Source: Gemmatimonadales bacterium (lineage in GTDB: Bacteria; Gemmatimonadota; Gemmatimonadetes; Gemmatimonadales; GWC2-71-9). Taken from it: a stretch of 64,000 nucleotides of DNA. Shown one piece after another: positions 1-9,191 of this stretch (position 1 is its first letter; every line of letters begins with the position of its first letter). The stretch covers positions 1,440,001-1,504,000 of the forward strand of contig OZ252244.1 of assembly GCA_965249575.1 (NCBI GenBank), given 5' to 3'. The translations under genes were made by a program, and so were the position numbers. The notes under the pieces are model-generated. The model was given only the letters and a program-made list of their open reading frames with translations, made no database searches and was not told where the DNA came from.

Positions 1-216
1 GAGGACGCCCACAGCGTCGGCGTAAGACCCGTAGACCACACCGACCAGCGCGAAGGGGAGAGCAAAGACGGTATGTGGGAGTTTGACGAGGTTCGCCAGG
101 CGAACGAGCAGCGATTCGCCGGGGAAGGTCTGCGCTTCCGGGGTGGGCAGGGACGCCGGGTCGATGACCGGGCGGAGCCCCGAGCTCCAAGGTGCGGTCT
201 TCCGTTCCCGCTTCAC
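1..216 (-). CDS. UbiA-family polyprenyltransferase (MqnP-like), 5' part only; runs off the window start
   Basis: Manual translation from GTG at 216 gives ...EAQTFPGESLLVRLANLVKLPHTVFALPFALVGVVYG, the typical N-terminus of this family; lies directly downstream of the UbiD gene. Confidence 0.85.
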   Translation of the reverse strand, partial: MKRERKTAPWSSGLRPVIDPASLPTPEAQTFPGESLLVRLANLVKLPHTVFALPFALVGVVYGSYADAVGVL

Positions 217-218
217 CC

Positions 219-1712
219 TCAACCTCTGGGCTCCAGGTGGATGCCGAGAGCCGGCCACATGGCCTCCACACGGAACCGCGTTTCGTCATCCATCACGATG
301 CGCTTCGGCCACTCACGATCGAACCCTTCCTCCTTGTATTTCGCCGTGGCATCGATCCCCATCTTCGACCCATAGGTGAACGCACGAGACGCGTGATCGA
401 GGACGTCGATCGGTCCATTCGTAAACCGAATATCGCGTTGCGGGTCGATGTGGTTGAGCGCGACCCACCATGCCTCCTCCGGGTCCCGTACATTCACGTC
501 TCGGTCCAAGACCACGATGAGCTTCGCCAGCGACATCAATCCCATCCCCCACAACGCGTTCATGACTTTCCAAGCCTGCCCGGGATACTGCTTGTCGATG
601 CTCACGAACACCAGATTGTGAAAGATTCCGGGCGCGGGCATGTGGTAATCCACGATCTCAGGGACCGTGAGTCTGAGCAGCGGGAGGAAGATGCGCTCGG
701 TCGCATGGCCCAGGTAGTAGTCCTCCATGGGCGGGCGGCCCACGATGGTCGTTGGATAAATCGGGTCCCCGCGGCGCGTCACGGCGGTGACGTGCACGGC
801 GGGGTAGTAGTCCGCCAACGAGTAGAACCCCGTGTGATCGCCGAACGGCCCTTCCACGACGAGGTCTTCCGCCGGGTCGATGAACCCCTCGATAACGAGG
901 TCCGCGTGCGCCGGCACCATTAAGTCACACGTCTTGGCGCGTGCGAGCTCCACCGGTTCCCGGCGGAGGAACCCTGCAAAGATGTACTCGTCGATCCCCG
1001 GCGGAAGGGGCGCAGACGCTGCGTAAATCGACGCCGGGTCGCCTCCCAACGCAATGGCCACCGGCATCCGCTCTCTCCGTGAGGCCATACTGCGCCAGTG
1101 CGCCGCCCCGACTTTGTGACGCTGCCAATGCATGGCGAGAAGGTCGCGCTCCAGCACCTGCACGCGATACATCCCCACGTTTCGCATACCGGACGAAGGA
1201 TCGCGAGTGATGACTTGGGGGAGCGTGATGTACGCGCCGCCGTCCTCGGGCCAGCACGTGATGACCGGGAGTTCGCCGAGATCGATGTCCCCACCGGTGG
1301 TGACCACCTCTTGGCAGGCCGGCCGGCTCACGGTTCGGGGCGGATACTTCGCCAACTCGAGCAACCTCGGGAGCATCGCGAGCTTCTCGCGCCATCCCTC
1401 GGGCACCTTGACATTGACGAGAGCTGCAATTCGCGATGCGATGTTGCCCAGATCGTCCACCCCCAGCGCGAGTGCAACGCGCCGCATCGATCCGAAGAGG
1501 TTGATCCCAACGGGCATCTCCGCCGGGCGCCCATCCCCCAGCAACGGACGCTCGAACAGGAGCGCCGGCCCGCCCGCCCGGCTCTTCATACACCGATCGG
1601 CAATCTCCGCAATCTCGCGGTCGACCTTCACCGGCGGCGTGACCCGTACCAGCTCCCCAATCGACTCGATCCGCGCGACGAAATCGCGCACGCTATTGAT
1701 CGACGCCGTCAA
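219..1712 (-). CDS. UbiD-family menaquinone biosynthesis decarboxylase (MqnL-like)
   Basis: 497 aa; motifs RNVGMYR, MHWQRHK, EGPFGDHTGFYS, GRPPMED, GSKMGIDAT. Confidence 0.93.
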   Translation of the reverse strand: MTASINSVRDFVARIESIGELVRVTPPVKVDREIAEIADRCMKSRAGGPALLFERPLLGDGRPAEMPVGINLFGSMRRVALALGVDDLGNIASRIAALVNVKVPEGWREKLAMLPRLLELAKYPPRTVSRPACQEVVTTGGDIDLGELPVITCWPEDGGAYITLPQVITRDPSSGMRNVGMYRVQVLERDLLAMHWQRHKVGAAHWRSMASRRERMPVAIALGGDPASIYAASAPLPPGIDEYIFAGFLRREPVELARAKTCDLMVPAHADLVIEGFIDPAEDLVVEGPFGDHTGFYSLADYYPAVHVTAVTRRGDPIYPTTIVGRPPMEDYYLGHATERIFLPLLRLTVPEIVDYHMPAPGIFHNLVFVSIDKQYPGQAWKVMNALWGMGLMSLAKLIVVLDRDVNVRDPEEAWWVALNHIDPQRDIRFTNGPIDVLDHASRAFTYGSKMGIDATAKYKEEGFDREWPKRIVMDDETRFRVEAMWPALGIHLEPRG

Positions 1713-2437
1713 ATGCGACGCCCCCAGTGAAGCGCCGCGATCCCGAAGGAAAGCAGCTCAAAGCGCACCTCGCCAAACCCGGCGGCGGACATGAGTTGGC
1801 CGAGCTTCGCGGGGGAGGGAAACTCCAACACCGAGTTTGGCAGGTAGCTGTAGGCGGTCGTATGTTTGGACACGAGGCGTCCGATCATCGGTAGCACGCG
1901 CTGGAAATACCAGAGATACAGCCCCCTGGCAAAGCGGGTCTTCGGCGTCGAGAACTCCAGGATCACCAACCGGCCCCCCGGTTTGAGCACGCGCGCCGCT
2001 TCGGCGAGGCCGTGCTCGAGGTCCGCGAGGTTTCGCACGCCGAAGCCGATCATGCACCCATTAAAGAGCCGGTCCGCGAACGGCAAGTCCAGGGCGTCCG
2101 CCCCGACCGCCTCGAGGCGCACCGACTTCGCCCGCCCGAGTTTGAGCATCGGAACGACGAAGTCGGCGCCCACAATCCGACCGGTAAACCCACGCTGTTT
2201 CGCCAGTTCCGCGGCGAGATCGAGCGTACCGGCGCACGAGTCGAGATACATGCCGTCCGGAGCCCTCTGCCAGCCGAGCCGGGCAACCGCGCGGCGGCGC
2301 CACGAGCGATCGATGTTCAAGCTCAGGACATGATTGAGCAGGTCGTACCGGGGGGCGATGGCGGCGAACATCCCGCGCACGTACGACCGTTTTGCGTCGC
2401 CGGCCAGCGACACAACCGTCGGAGGCGCGGGGGTCAT
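1709..2437 (-). CDS. menG: Demethylmenaquinone methyltransferase (UbiE/MenG)
   Basis: MFAAIAPRYDLLNHVLSLNIDRSWRR, GFGVRN, RVLKPGG, AYSYLPNSV; ATG at 2437 chosen (ORF open to 2458). Confidence 0.92.
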   Translation of the reverse strand: MTPAPPTVVSLAGDAKRSYVRGMFAAIAPRYDLLNHVLSLNIDRSWRRRAVARLGWQRAPDGMYLDSCAGTLDLAAELAKQRGFTGRIVGADFVVPMLKLGRAKSVRLEAVGADALDLPFADRLFNGCMIGFGVRNLADLEHGLAEAARVLKPGGRLVILEFSTPKTRFARGLYLWYFQRVLPMIGRLVSKHTTAYSYLPNSVLEFPSPAKLGQLMSAAGFGEVRFELLSFGIAALHWGRRI

Positions 2438-2488
2438 AGGCGCCAAAGATACTGGCACGTTTGAACTTGCCGCAAGAATGGTTCGATT

Positions 2489-2515
2489 TGAACCTTCTCA
2501 CTCGCGACGGGCGTA
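2489..2515 (+). promoter_or_regulatory. Putative SigW-type ECF promoter (autoregulatory)
   Basis: TGAACC-N17-CGTA ending 12 nt upstream of the ECF sigma ATG. Confidence 0.55.
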
Positions 2516-2527
2516 GGGTGCCGGAAC

Positions 2528-3130
2528 ATGCCTTCTCGGGAAGACTTACCGAACGCTAGCGATGTCGCCGTCGTCCGCCGGGCGCTGGGCGGTACGGAAG
2601 CCGCGTACCGGGAACTGGTGCGACGGTACCAACGACCAGTGTTCTCGCTCCTCTACCGCATGGTGCGCGACCGCGAACTGGCGGAGGATCTTGCTCAAGA
2701 CACATTCGTCAAAGTGCTGAACGCCCTGGACTCCTACCGCACCGAGTACAAGTTCTCGTCGTGGGTCTTCAAGATCGCAAACAACACCGCCATCGACCAC
2801 CTGAGACGCCGCGCCCTCGACACCCTGTCGCTCGAGGGAGCGCGCGACGCGACCAGCGCCGATCGCGCAGAAGCCACATCCATTCAGGTCGGGGACCCGT
2901 CAGAGACCCCGCTCGAGGAGCTGGAGGCGAGGGAGTTGGGTACGGCCATCGAGGCAGCTATCGGAAGACTTCGACCCGAGTATCGCAGCTGCATCGTGTT
3001 GCGGCACGTCGAGGGACGCTCGTACGAGGACGTCGCCGAGATCCTCGGGCTCCCACTGGGAACCGTGAAGACCTATATCCACCGGGCCCGCGCCGAATTG
3101 CGCTCGTCGCTCGCTCCGATCAGAGAGTGA
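2528..3130 (+). CDS. ECF RNA polymerase sigma factor (SigW/RpoE-like)
   Basis: Region 2 AEDLAQDTF...FSSWVFKIANNTAIDHLRR; region 4 SYEDVAEILGLPLGTVKTYIHRAR. Confidence 0.95.
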   Translation: MPSREDLPNASDVAVVRRALGGTEAAYRELVRRYQRPVFSLLYRMVRDRELAEDLAQDTFVKVLNALDSYRTEYKFSSWVFKIANNTAIDHLRRRALDTLSLEGARDATSADRAEATSIQVGDPSETPLEELEARELGTAIEAAIGRLRPEYRSCIVLRHVEGRSYEDVAEILGLPLGTVKTYIHRARAELRSSLAPIRE

Positions 3131-3153
3131 AACCGTGGAGAGCATCATCCGTA
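3128..3153 (+). promoter_or_regulatory. Putative internal SigW-type promoter overlapping the sigma stop codon
   Basis: TGAAAC-N16-CGTA, matching the Bacillus SigW consensus, 11 nt upstream of the next ATG. Confidence 0.6.
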
Positions 3154-3164
3154 GGGGATAGAGT

Positions 3165-3674
3165 ATGAACGACAGACCGCTTCAATCCGAGTCCGAAGCC
3201 GATGCCAGCCTCGACCGGCTCCTGGAGACACTACCGGCCTTCACTCCCCGCCCGGGGTTCGATGACCGCGTGATGGCTCGCGTGCGGAGGCCCTCACCAC
3301 TAGCCATTCGAAGAGCGCAGGCGATGGTGCGAGTGCTGGGATCTCGCGGGGCGTGGGCGCTGGCAGCCGCCTCCGCCGCCGGCACGATTCTCTGGAGCAG
3401 CATGGCCGCAAGTTGGCTAACGGCAAACAGTTATGCTATTCGTTCCGGGGTGGCTGGCCTGGTGGCAGAACTCGCGGTTCCCCTGTGGCGCGAGATCCTG
3501 AGATCGTTGCTCCCTGCCGCCCTATCAGTAGTCAATTACGTGTTGTCGGGGACCCTCCTGCCGGCGATGTTTTCGGCCGCGGTCATCGGCATCTTCCTAC
3601 CGCCGGTTTGCGCCTGGGGACTCCACCGTCTCATGCGGCCGCCACGCACCGGGAGAGTCTATGCAACGCGCTAG
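3165..3674 (+). CDS. Membrane protein, probable anti-sigma factor
   Basis: LPAFTPRPGFDDRVMARV motif followed by hydrophobic helices; immediately after the ECF sigma. Confidence 0.65.
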   Translation: MNDRPLQSESEADASLDRLLETLPAFTPRPGFDDRVMARVRRPSPLAIRRAQAMVRVLGSRGAWALAAASAAGTILWSSMAASWLTANSYAIRSGVAGLVAELAVPLWREILRSLLPAALSVVNYVLSGTLLPAMFSAAVIGIFLPPVCAWGLHRLMRPPRTGRVYATR

Positions 3675-5172
3675 CCTTCGACGAGTCCAGCTCCTAGTTG
3701 CTGCGTTTCTCGCCGTGACCGCCCCGGCGGCGATCGCGCAGGACGTCGTTGGGCACTCCGCCTCTCTCTCAGCCGAGCGCGGCTCGCTGGAGCTCAAGCT
3801 TTCGGACGGAACCATGCTGTCCGTGGTGCTTTCGGGAGGCCAGGTCAGGATCAACGGCACTGACGCAGCGACTTACCAGCCGGGGGGAGCCTTCGAGAAC
3901 GGGTGGCGTGATCTCGTGGCGCGCGCCGGCAGGCTCGGCGCCGCGGATCTGGTTCGGGCCGTGCGGGGGTGGACGGTTGAGGCCCTCGCCGACACGGACC
4001 TCGCGGCGAAAGATGCGGTCACCAGCGCCTTCGAGACTCTCGCCGAGCCCGCGCCGCTGGCGGTGCCGTCACCACCGCCCCCACCGGGTCCACCCCCGGT
4101 TCCCCCGGTACTTGCTGGGATCGATCTCAATGACCTCGACGATGCCGCCTCGCTCCTGTCGCTCGTGAAGACGCTGGCCGGCGATCCCGCGCGAAGGGCG
4201 GATGCCCTCCGGGACGGGACCGTGCACGTTGGCGACTTCGAGTTGCCGAGCGCCCAACGGCATGAGGGGAGTCTGTTGGTGCTGGACGGTGACGCCGAGA
4301 TTCGAGGCCACGTGACGGGGAGCGTCGTGACCGTGGACGGCGACTTGCTCGCCACGCGCGGCGCCAGGATCGATGGAAACGCGATCGCAATCGACGGCGA
4401 AGTCGAGCGGCAGGGTGCGGTGGTCGGTGGCGTCGTGAGAAGCGGCAATCCCGATTTCGAGTTCGAGTTTGGCCGAGATACGGAGCCGGATGTCGAGGTG
4501 TCGGCCATCGAACCGTCCGCAATCAGCACGATCGCCGAGAGTGCCGCCGGCCTGCTGGGGTCATTCGTGGCGCTGGCTTGCATCGGCTTCGGGCTCGTTT
4601 TCTTTCTGCCGCGGGAGCTGGAGATCGTCTCCGATACGGTGACGCAAGCGTTCGCCCGCTCGTTCTTCGCGGGGTTACTCGCCCAGCCGCTCGTGTTGCC
4701 CGCGCTGCTGATCCTCGTGGCGGCGTTGGTACTAACGGTTGTCGGGATCGTTGCCGTGCCGCTCGTGGTAGCGGCGTTCGTGGTAGTGCTGTTCGTCGCC
4801 GTGCTGGGGGGCTACCTCGCTGCGGCCCGTTCCATCGGCGAATTCGTCGTGGGCCGCCGGCTGACACGGCAGGGCCTCATCGGCACACCAACTCCGTACC
4901 GGTACCTGCTCGTCGGGGTCGGCTCCTTGCTCGCCATCTGGGTTCCGAGCGCATTCTTCGGGTGGGTGCCGGTCGCCGGGCCCATGTTACTCGGGACCGC
5001 CGCGGTCTTTACGTGGATCGTCGGGACGGCTGGCTTCGGGGCAGTACTGCTGTCTCGCGCCGGCCTTCGCGGTGCCTTCGTTCGCCGTCATCGACCAGAA
5101 CTCGCGCCACAATTTCCGCAGGCCGCAGCGCCCGCCGTGGAGCGGGCGGGCGAGCACAACCTCACGGGGTAA
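3661..5172 (+). CDS. Signal-peptide membrane protein with bactofilin-like (polymer-forming) beta-helix and C-terminal TM bundle
   Basis: Signal peptide; GDAEIRGHVTGSVVTVDGDL...IDGNAIAIDGEV repeats; several C-terminal TM segments. Confidence 0.7.
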   Translation: MQRASLRRVQLLVAAFLAVTAPAAIAQDVVGHSASLSAERGSLELKLSDGTMLSVVLSGGQVRINGTDAATYQPGGAFENGWRDLVARAGRLGAADLVRAVRGWTVEALADTDLAAKDAVTSAFETLAEPAPLAVPSPPPPPGPPPVPPVLAGIDLNDLDDAASLLSLVKTLAGDPARRADALRDGTVHVGDFELPSAQRHEGSLLVLDGDAEIRGHVTGSVVTVDGDLLATRGARIDGNAIAIDGEVERQGAVVGGVVRSGNPDFEFEFGRDTEPDVEVSAIEPSAISTIAESAAGLLGSFVALACIGFGLVFFLPRELEIVSDTVTQAFARSFFAGLLAQPLVLPALLILVAALVLTVVGIVAVPLVVAAFVVVLFVAVLGGYLAAARSIGEFVVGRRLTRQGLIGTPTPYRYLLVGVGSLLAIWVPSAFFGWVPVAGPMLLGTAAVFTWIVGTAGFGAVLLSRAGLRGAFVRRHRPELAPQFPQAAAPAVERAGEHNLTG

Positions 5173-5174
5173 CT

Positions 5175-6044
5175 ATGTTGGACTCACGGGCTATCGGCCT
5201 CGGACTGTTTCTCCACCTCGGACTGGGCGTCCCCTCCGCGGATGCGGAAGGTCAGTCGTTCCAGACGATTTCCTCATCACGGCAAGTACGCGGAGAAGAT
5301 CGGTTGGACGTCGACGTCGAGTTCGCCATCGGAAGTTTTCGCCTCTATCCCGACGACTCGGGCGCTCTGTATCGAGGGGAGATGGTCTACGACGGGGACA
5401 TGTTCGACCCCGAGATCAGCTACGACCCCGAATACCGCGAGCTGCACGTGCGGGTGGGATCCTTTCACTTCGGCGGCGGCATCGAGCACCACGAACGGTC
5501 GAAGCAACGCCTCGAACTCGCCGTCACTCGAGTGGTTCCCGTTCACATCGACGTGGAGTTCGGGGCGGGTGAAGGTGACATCGAGCTGGGCGGATTGACG
5601 CTCGCCTCGGCCAACATTGCAACGGGGGCGAGCTCGAGCCAAGTGCGGTTCAGCGACCCGAATCGCATTACGTGCAGCCGGATTTCGTTCGAGGTGGGAG
5701 CCGCGGAATTTCGAGCCCAGCAATTGGGCAACGCGCGATGCGAGCGGATCGACCTAGCCGCGGGGGCCGGTGAGCTCACCTTGGACTTTTCAGGCGATTG
5801 GGGGTCCGTCGGCCGCGCGCGCGCAGACATTGGCGTTGGCCTCGGCTCGCTCACACTGCGGTTCCCAGCCGACCTCGGCGTGTCCGTCGATGTCAGCCGC
5901 TTCCTGGCGACCTTCGACCGGTCGGGCTTCACTCGCCGGGGGGGCAAGTACTACTCCCGCAACTACGCGACTGCTTCTACCAAGCTCGACCTGGACATCA
6001 CCGCGGCGCTGGGAACCATAGACGTCGTTTGGCTGGACAACTAG
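5175..6044 (+). CDS. Exported beta-repeat protein (toast-rack/LiaG-like cell-envelope stress family)
   Basis: ATG at 5175 within ORF 4578-6044; repeated D(V/I)xxG(A/V)GExxL motifs; last gene of the ECF operon. Confidence 0.65.
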   Translation: MLDSRAIGLGLFLHLGLGVPSADAEGQSFQTISSSRQVRGEDRLDVDVEFAIGSFRLYPDDSGALYRGEMVYDGDMFDPEISYDPEYRELHVRVGSFHFGGGIEHHERSKQRLELAVTRVVPVHIDVEFGAGEGDIELGGLTLASANIATGASSSQVRFSDPNRITCSRISFEVGAAEFRAQQLGNARCERIDLAAGAGELTLDFSGDWGSVGRARADIGVGLGSLTLRFPADLGVSVDVSRFLATFDRSGFTRRGGKYYSRNYATASTKLDLDITAALGTIDVVWLDN

Positions 6045-6081
6045 CGCGAGCGTGATCGAAAAAACGGACCGCCAGCGATAC

Positions 6082-6840
6082 TCACGGAGGCGCGGCCTTC
6101 ACTCGCACTTCCGTCCCCACCCTCTCCGCCAGAACCGCTGCGGCCGATCCGTCACGCACGGCCACCTCGACCGTACCTCCTGACCCCACGAGGGCCGTCA
6201 CGGTCCCGGGGGGAACGTCGGCGAAGGTTCGGCGCACCAGCCCCACGTCACGTTGGCCCACCATACAGGTTCCGTCGGTTTCGACCCGTTGTCCGGGGAT
6301 GTTGGTAATGAGTGTGCCGAAGCGGTCGATGTAGACGACCACGCCGACGATGTCACCGCCCACGCCCCGAGGGGTCGCGACCGGCGTTGTGACCAGGTCC
6401 TTTACCTGCCTGCCGAGATGCCCGAGCGGATCTCCACGGGCAAGCTTCGCGGCCGCCGGCGCGAAAACGTCCCGCCCGTGAAACGTGGGAGAGGCTGACG
6501 GCGGGACTGGCAGCTCGACTACCTCCGAACCGTCGAGTATGGGGCTGAGCACGCCGTTGTCCGGACCAACAAAAGCATGATCGGACTTGGAGGCGGCAAT
6601 CGCCCGGCGGTCGCTCCCGACGCCCGGGTCTACGACGACGAGGTGCACTGCACCATCAGAAAAACGATGCCAAGTACGGCCGAGTACGAAAGACGCAGCG
6701 CCGATGTCGCCAGGGGGGACATCGTGCGAGATATCGATGAGCGTCGCGTCGGGTGCGCCTTGCAGGAGCGTGGCCTTCACCTCGGCCACATAACTGTCTC
6801 GCGTGCCGAAATCGGTGAGCAGGGTAATCAGGGCGCCCAT
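6082..6840 (-). CDS. SAM hydroxide adenosyltransferase / SAM-dependent halogenase family (DUF62)
   Basis: ITLLTDFG, VVVDPGVGS, GPDNG, TFHGRDVFAP, IDRFG. Confidence 0.92.
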   Translation of the reverse strand: MGALITLLTDFGTRDSYVAEVKATLLQGAPDATLIDISHDVPPGDIGAASFVLGRTWHRFSDGAVHLVVVDPGVGSDRRAIAASKSDHAFVGPDNGVLSPILDGSEVVELPVPPSASPTFHGRDVFAPAAAKLARGDPLGHLGRQVKDLVTTPVATPRGVGGDIVGVVVYIDRFGTLITNIPGQRVETDGTCMVGQRDVGLVRRTFADVPPGTVTALVGSGGTVEVAVRDGSAAAVLAERVGTEVRVKAAPP

Positions 6841-6849
6841 GGGGGCGCG

Positions 6850-7929
6850 CTAGCCGCTGACTATAGGAAGCGTAATGGAACGCGAGCCTGCGCGCTCCGC
6901 GACCTCAGTTGCGATCGCCGCGAGCGCTTCACCGGCCGGAGAACGAGGATCGGCGACGACAATGGGCTTGCCAGCGTCGGCTAAGTCCGCGAGCTGAGCC
7001 TGTAATGGCACCTGTCCGAGGAGTGGCACTCCGGCCTCTTGGGCAAGACGCTCCCCACCACCGGTTAAGAAAATATTCGTCCGCTCCCCGCAGCTGGGAC
7101 AGGTGAAGAACGTCATGTTCTCCACGATCCCGATGACTGGAACGTTCACCCGCTCGAACATCTTGACCCCGCGGAGGGCGTCCCCGACCGCAAGCTCCTG
7201 GGGGGTCGTGACGATGACCGCCCCACGCACCTGTACGGCTTGGACGAGCGAAAGCTGTGCGTCCCCAGTGCCAGGCGGGAGATCTACGATCAGATAGTCC
7301 AGCGGGCCCCACTCGACGTCGCGCAGGAACTGCTGGATGATCTTCATGATGATCGGCCCCCGCCAGATGGCCGGAGCGTCCCGCTCGATCAGGACACCGA
7401 GTGACATCACCTTGACGCCGTATCGTTCGAGGGGCTGTATTTTCCCGCCTCGAACCGGTGGCTTGTCGGTTACGCCGAACATGCGCGGGATGTTCGGCCC
7501 GTAGACGTCCGCGTCCATGAGCCCTACCCGACGGCCGCTCCGGGCGAGTTCGACCGCCATGTTCGCGGCAACGGTCGACTTCCCGACCCCTCCCTTTCCG
7601 GAGGAGATCGCCAGAACATGGCCGAGGTCGCCCGCCTCGGCCGGCCCTGGAGGGGGTGCAGCGGGAGCCTTGGCCGGTTTCGGGCCTTGCGGTTCGACGA
7701 CCTTGATCTTGACCGTCGAAACGCCATCCACGTCGCTCACCGCCCGCCGAACCTCGCGCACGATCGCCGCCGGGTCTTCTCGGGACAGGACGAAGGTGAT
7801 CGAGACGAGGCCGTCGTCGTCGACCGCGAGGTCCCGCACCATACCGGCCGACATAACATCGTTATCGACGCGGTCGTTCCGCACGTTGGTCAGCGCGCTG
7901 GCTACGTGAGCCTCGAGTGTTTTCGCCAT
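6850..7929 (-). CDS. mrp: Mrp/NBP35 (ApbC) Fe-S cluster carrier ATPase
   Basis: SGKGGVGKST, DADVYGPN, DLPPGTGD, ENM...CPSC. Confidence 0.95.
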   Translation of the reverse strand: MAKTLEAHVASALTNVRNDRVDNDVMSAGMVRDLAVDDDGLVSITFVLSREDPAAIVREVRRAVSDVDGVSTVKIKVVEPQGPKPAKAPAAPPPGPAEAGDLGHVLAISSGKGGVGKSTVAANMAVELARSGRRVGLMDADVYGPNIPRMFGVTDKPPVRGGKIQPLERYGVKVMSLGVLIERDAPAIWRGPIIMKIIQQFLRDVEWGPLDYLIVDLPPGTGDAQLSLVQAVQVRGAVIVTTPQELAVGDALRGVKMFERVNVPVIGIVENMTFFTCPSCGERTNIFLTGGGERLAQEAGVPLLGQVPLQAQLADLADAGKPIVVADPRSPAGEALAAIATEVAERAGSRSITLPIVSG

Positions 7930-7961
7930 TGTGGATCGAATGTTAAGGGTGGTTCGCTCGC

Positions 7962-9008
7962 TCAGGCAACCGTCTCGAGCAACCTGCGCGCCGCGGCGAG
8001 CACTTCGGCCTGAACAGTGGCGAGTGGCCCGTCAACCGCCGCACCGGCGGCCTTCCGGTGGCCGCCCCCGCCGAACGTCTGAGCGAGCGCGGCGGCATCA
8101 ATGTCGCCAACCGACCGGAACGAGGCCTTGATGCGCGATCCGCTGAGCGGGCGAAACAAAATGGCGAGACGGATGCCCTGAATGGAGCGGGGGAACTCAA
8201 CGACACCCTCCAGGTCCTCGGCATCGACCCCGTAGCGCTGGAACGCGCCGTCGGGAACGGTCACCCATGCGAGGCCACGGTCCGCCTCGACAACCAGGGT
8301 CTCGAGCACCTCGGCGAGCAGTCGAAGCCGCCCCTCGCTCGCATTTGCGTATAGATGCCGGTAGATCGCCTCTGCGTCGAGGCCGTGCCCGAGCAAGTGG
8401 GCCGCCACTTGCAGCGCCCGAGGAGTGGTGTTGGCAAACCGGAACCCGCCGGTGTCCATCATGAGCGCCACGTAGAGCGCTTCGGCCACTGCGGGTGACA
8501 GCTGCCAGCGGAGCGTACGCGCGAGATCGTAGACCAGCTCGCCGGTGGCGCACGCGGCATCATCGACCAACCGCGGCCCCGACGGGAGCGATGCCTTACT
8601 CACGTGGTGGTCGATGCAGGCGACAGGAACATCGATAGCGGCCAGCGCGTGCCCCAGTTGTCCCAGCCGCCCGAGATCGGAAATGTCGAGCACTACGACC
8701 GCTTCGGCGTGGCGAAGATGTTTCACGGCGTGGCGGGACTTGTCGGCGTGGTCGGCGCCGTCGAGCAGGAAGGTGTAGCGCTCGGGAAACGGAGTCGGGT
8801 TCACAATCACCGGCCGGATGCCACGAGCCGTGAGGAGGTGCCACAACGCCACCTCGCTGCCCGCCCCGTCGCCGTCGGCATTGACGTGCGTCGTGAGGGC
8901 CACCCGCATACCGGGCGTGAGAATCGCGCCGATCTGCTTCGCGGCCCGCTGTCTGGCCGCCGGAACTGAGACGGCGCGTCCCGCCGTCGTGGTTCTGGCC
9001 CGCGGCAT
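7962..9008 (-). CDS. nrnA: DHH/DHHA1 phosphoesterase (NrnA oligoribonuclease/pAp phosphatase)
   Basis: HVNADGDGAGS, IDHH, DTGGF, GGGGHRKAAG. Confidence 0.9.
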   Translation of the reverse strand: MPRARTTTAGRAVSVPAARQRAAKQIGAILTPGMRVALTTHVNADGDGAGSEVALWHLLTARGIRPVIVNPTPFPERYTFLLDGADHADKSRHAVKHLRHAEAVVVLDISDLGRLGQLGHALAAIDVPVACIDHHVSKASLPSGPRLVDDAACATGELVYDLARTLRWQLSPAVAEALYVALMMDTGGFRFANTTPRALQVAAHLLGHGLDAEAIYRHLYANASEGRLRLLAEVLETLVVEADRGLAWVTVPDGAFQRYGVDAEDLEGVVEFPRSIQGIRLAILFRPLSGSRIKASFRSVGDIDAAALAQTFGGGGHRKAAGAAVDGPLATVQAEVLAAARRLLETVA

Positions 9009-9191
9009 GGTGGAAGGTAGCTGGGGTCACGGGGAATCGGGTAGTGATCGTTGCCATCGGCGGATACGACGAGCGGCCGCGCGGACGAGACGGCGGCTCA
9101 CACTTCTCCGACCAGCGGAGCGACGGACCCAACACTTGCACCCTTGGTATTCCGAAGCAATACTCCCTCGTCCTTCACGCATGGAACCCAC

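Noticed and set aside
2452..2470. Sigma54 promoter CTGGCACG...TTGC upstream of the ECF sigma
   Set aside because: The GG to GC spacing is 13 nt rather than the required 10.
6082..6840. Fluorinase/chlorinase natural-product cluster
   Set aside because: The context is housekeeping (mrp, nrnA), and most DUF62 members are SAM hydrolases.
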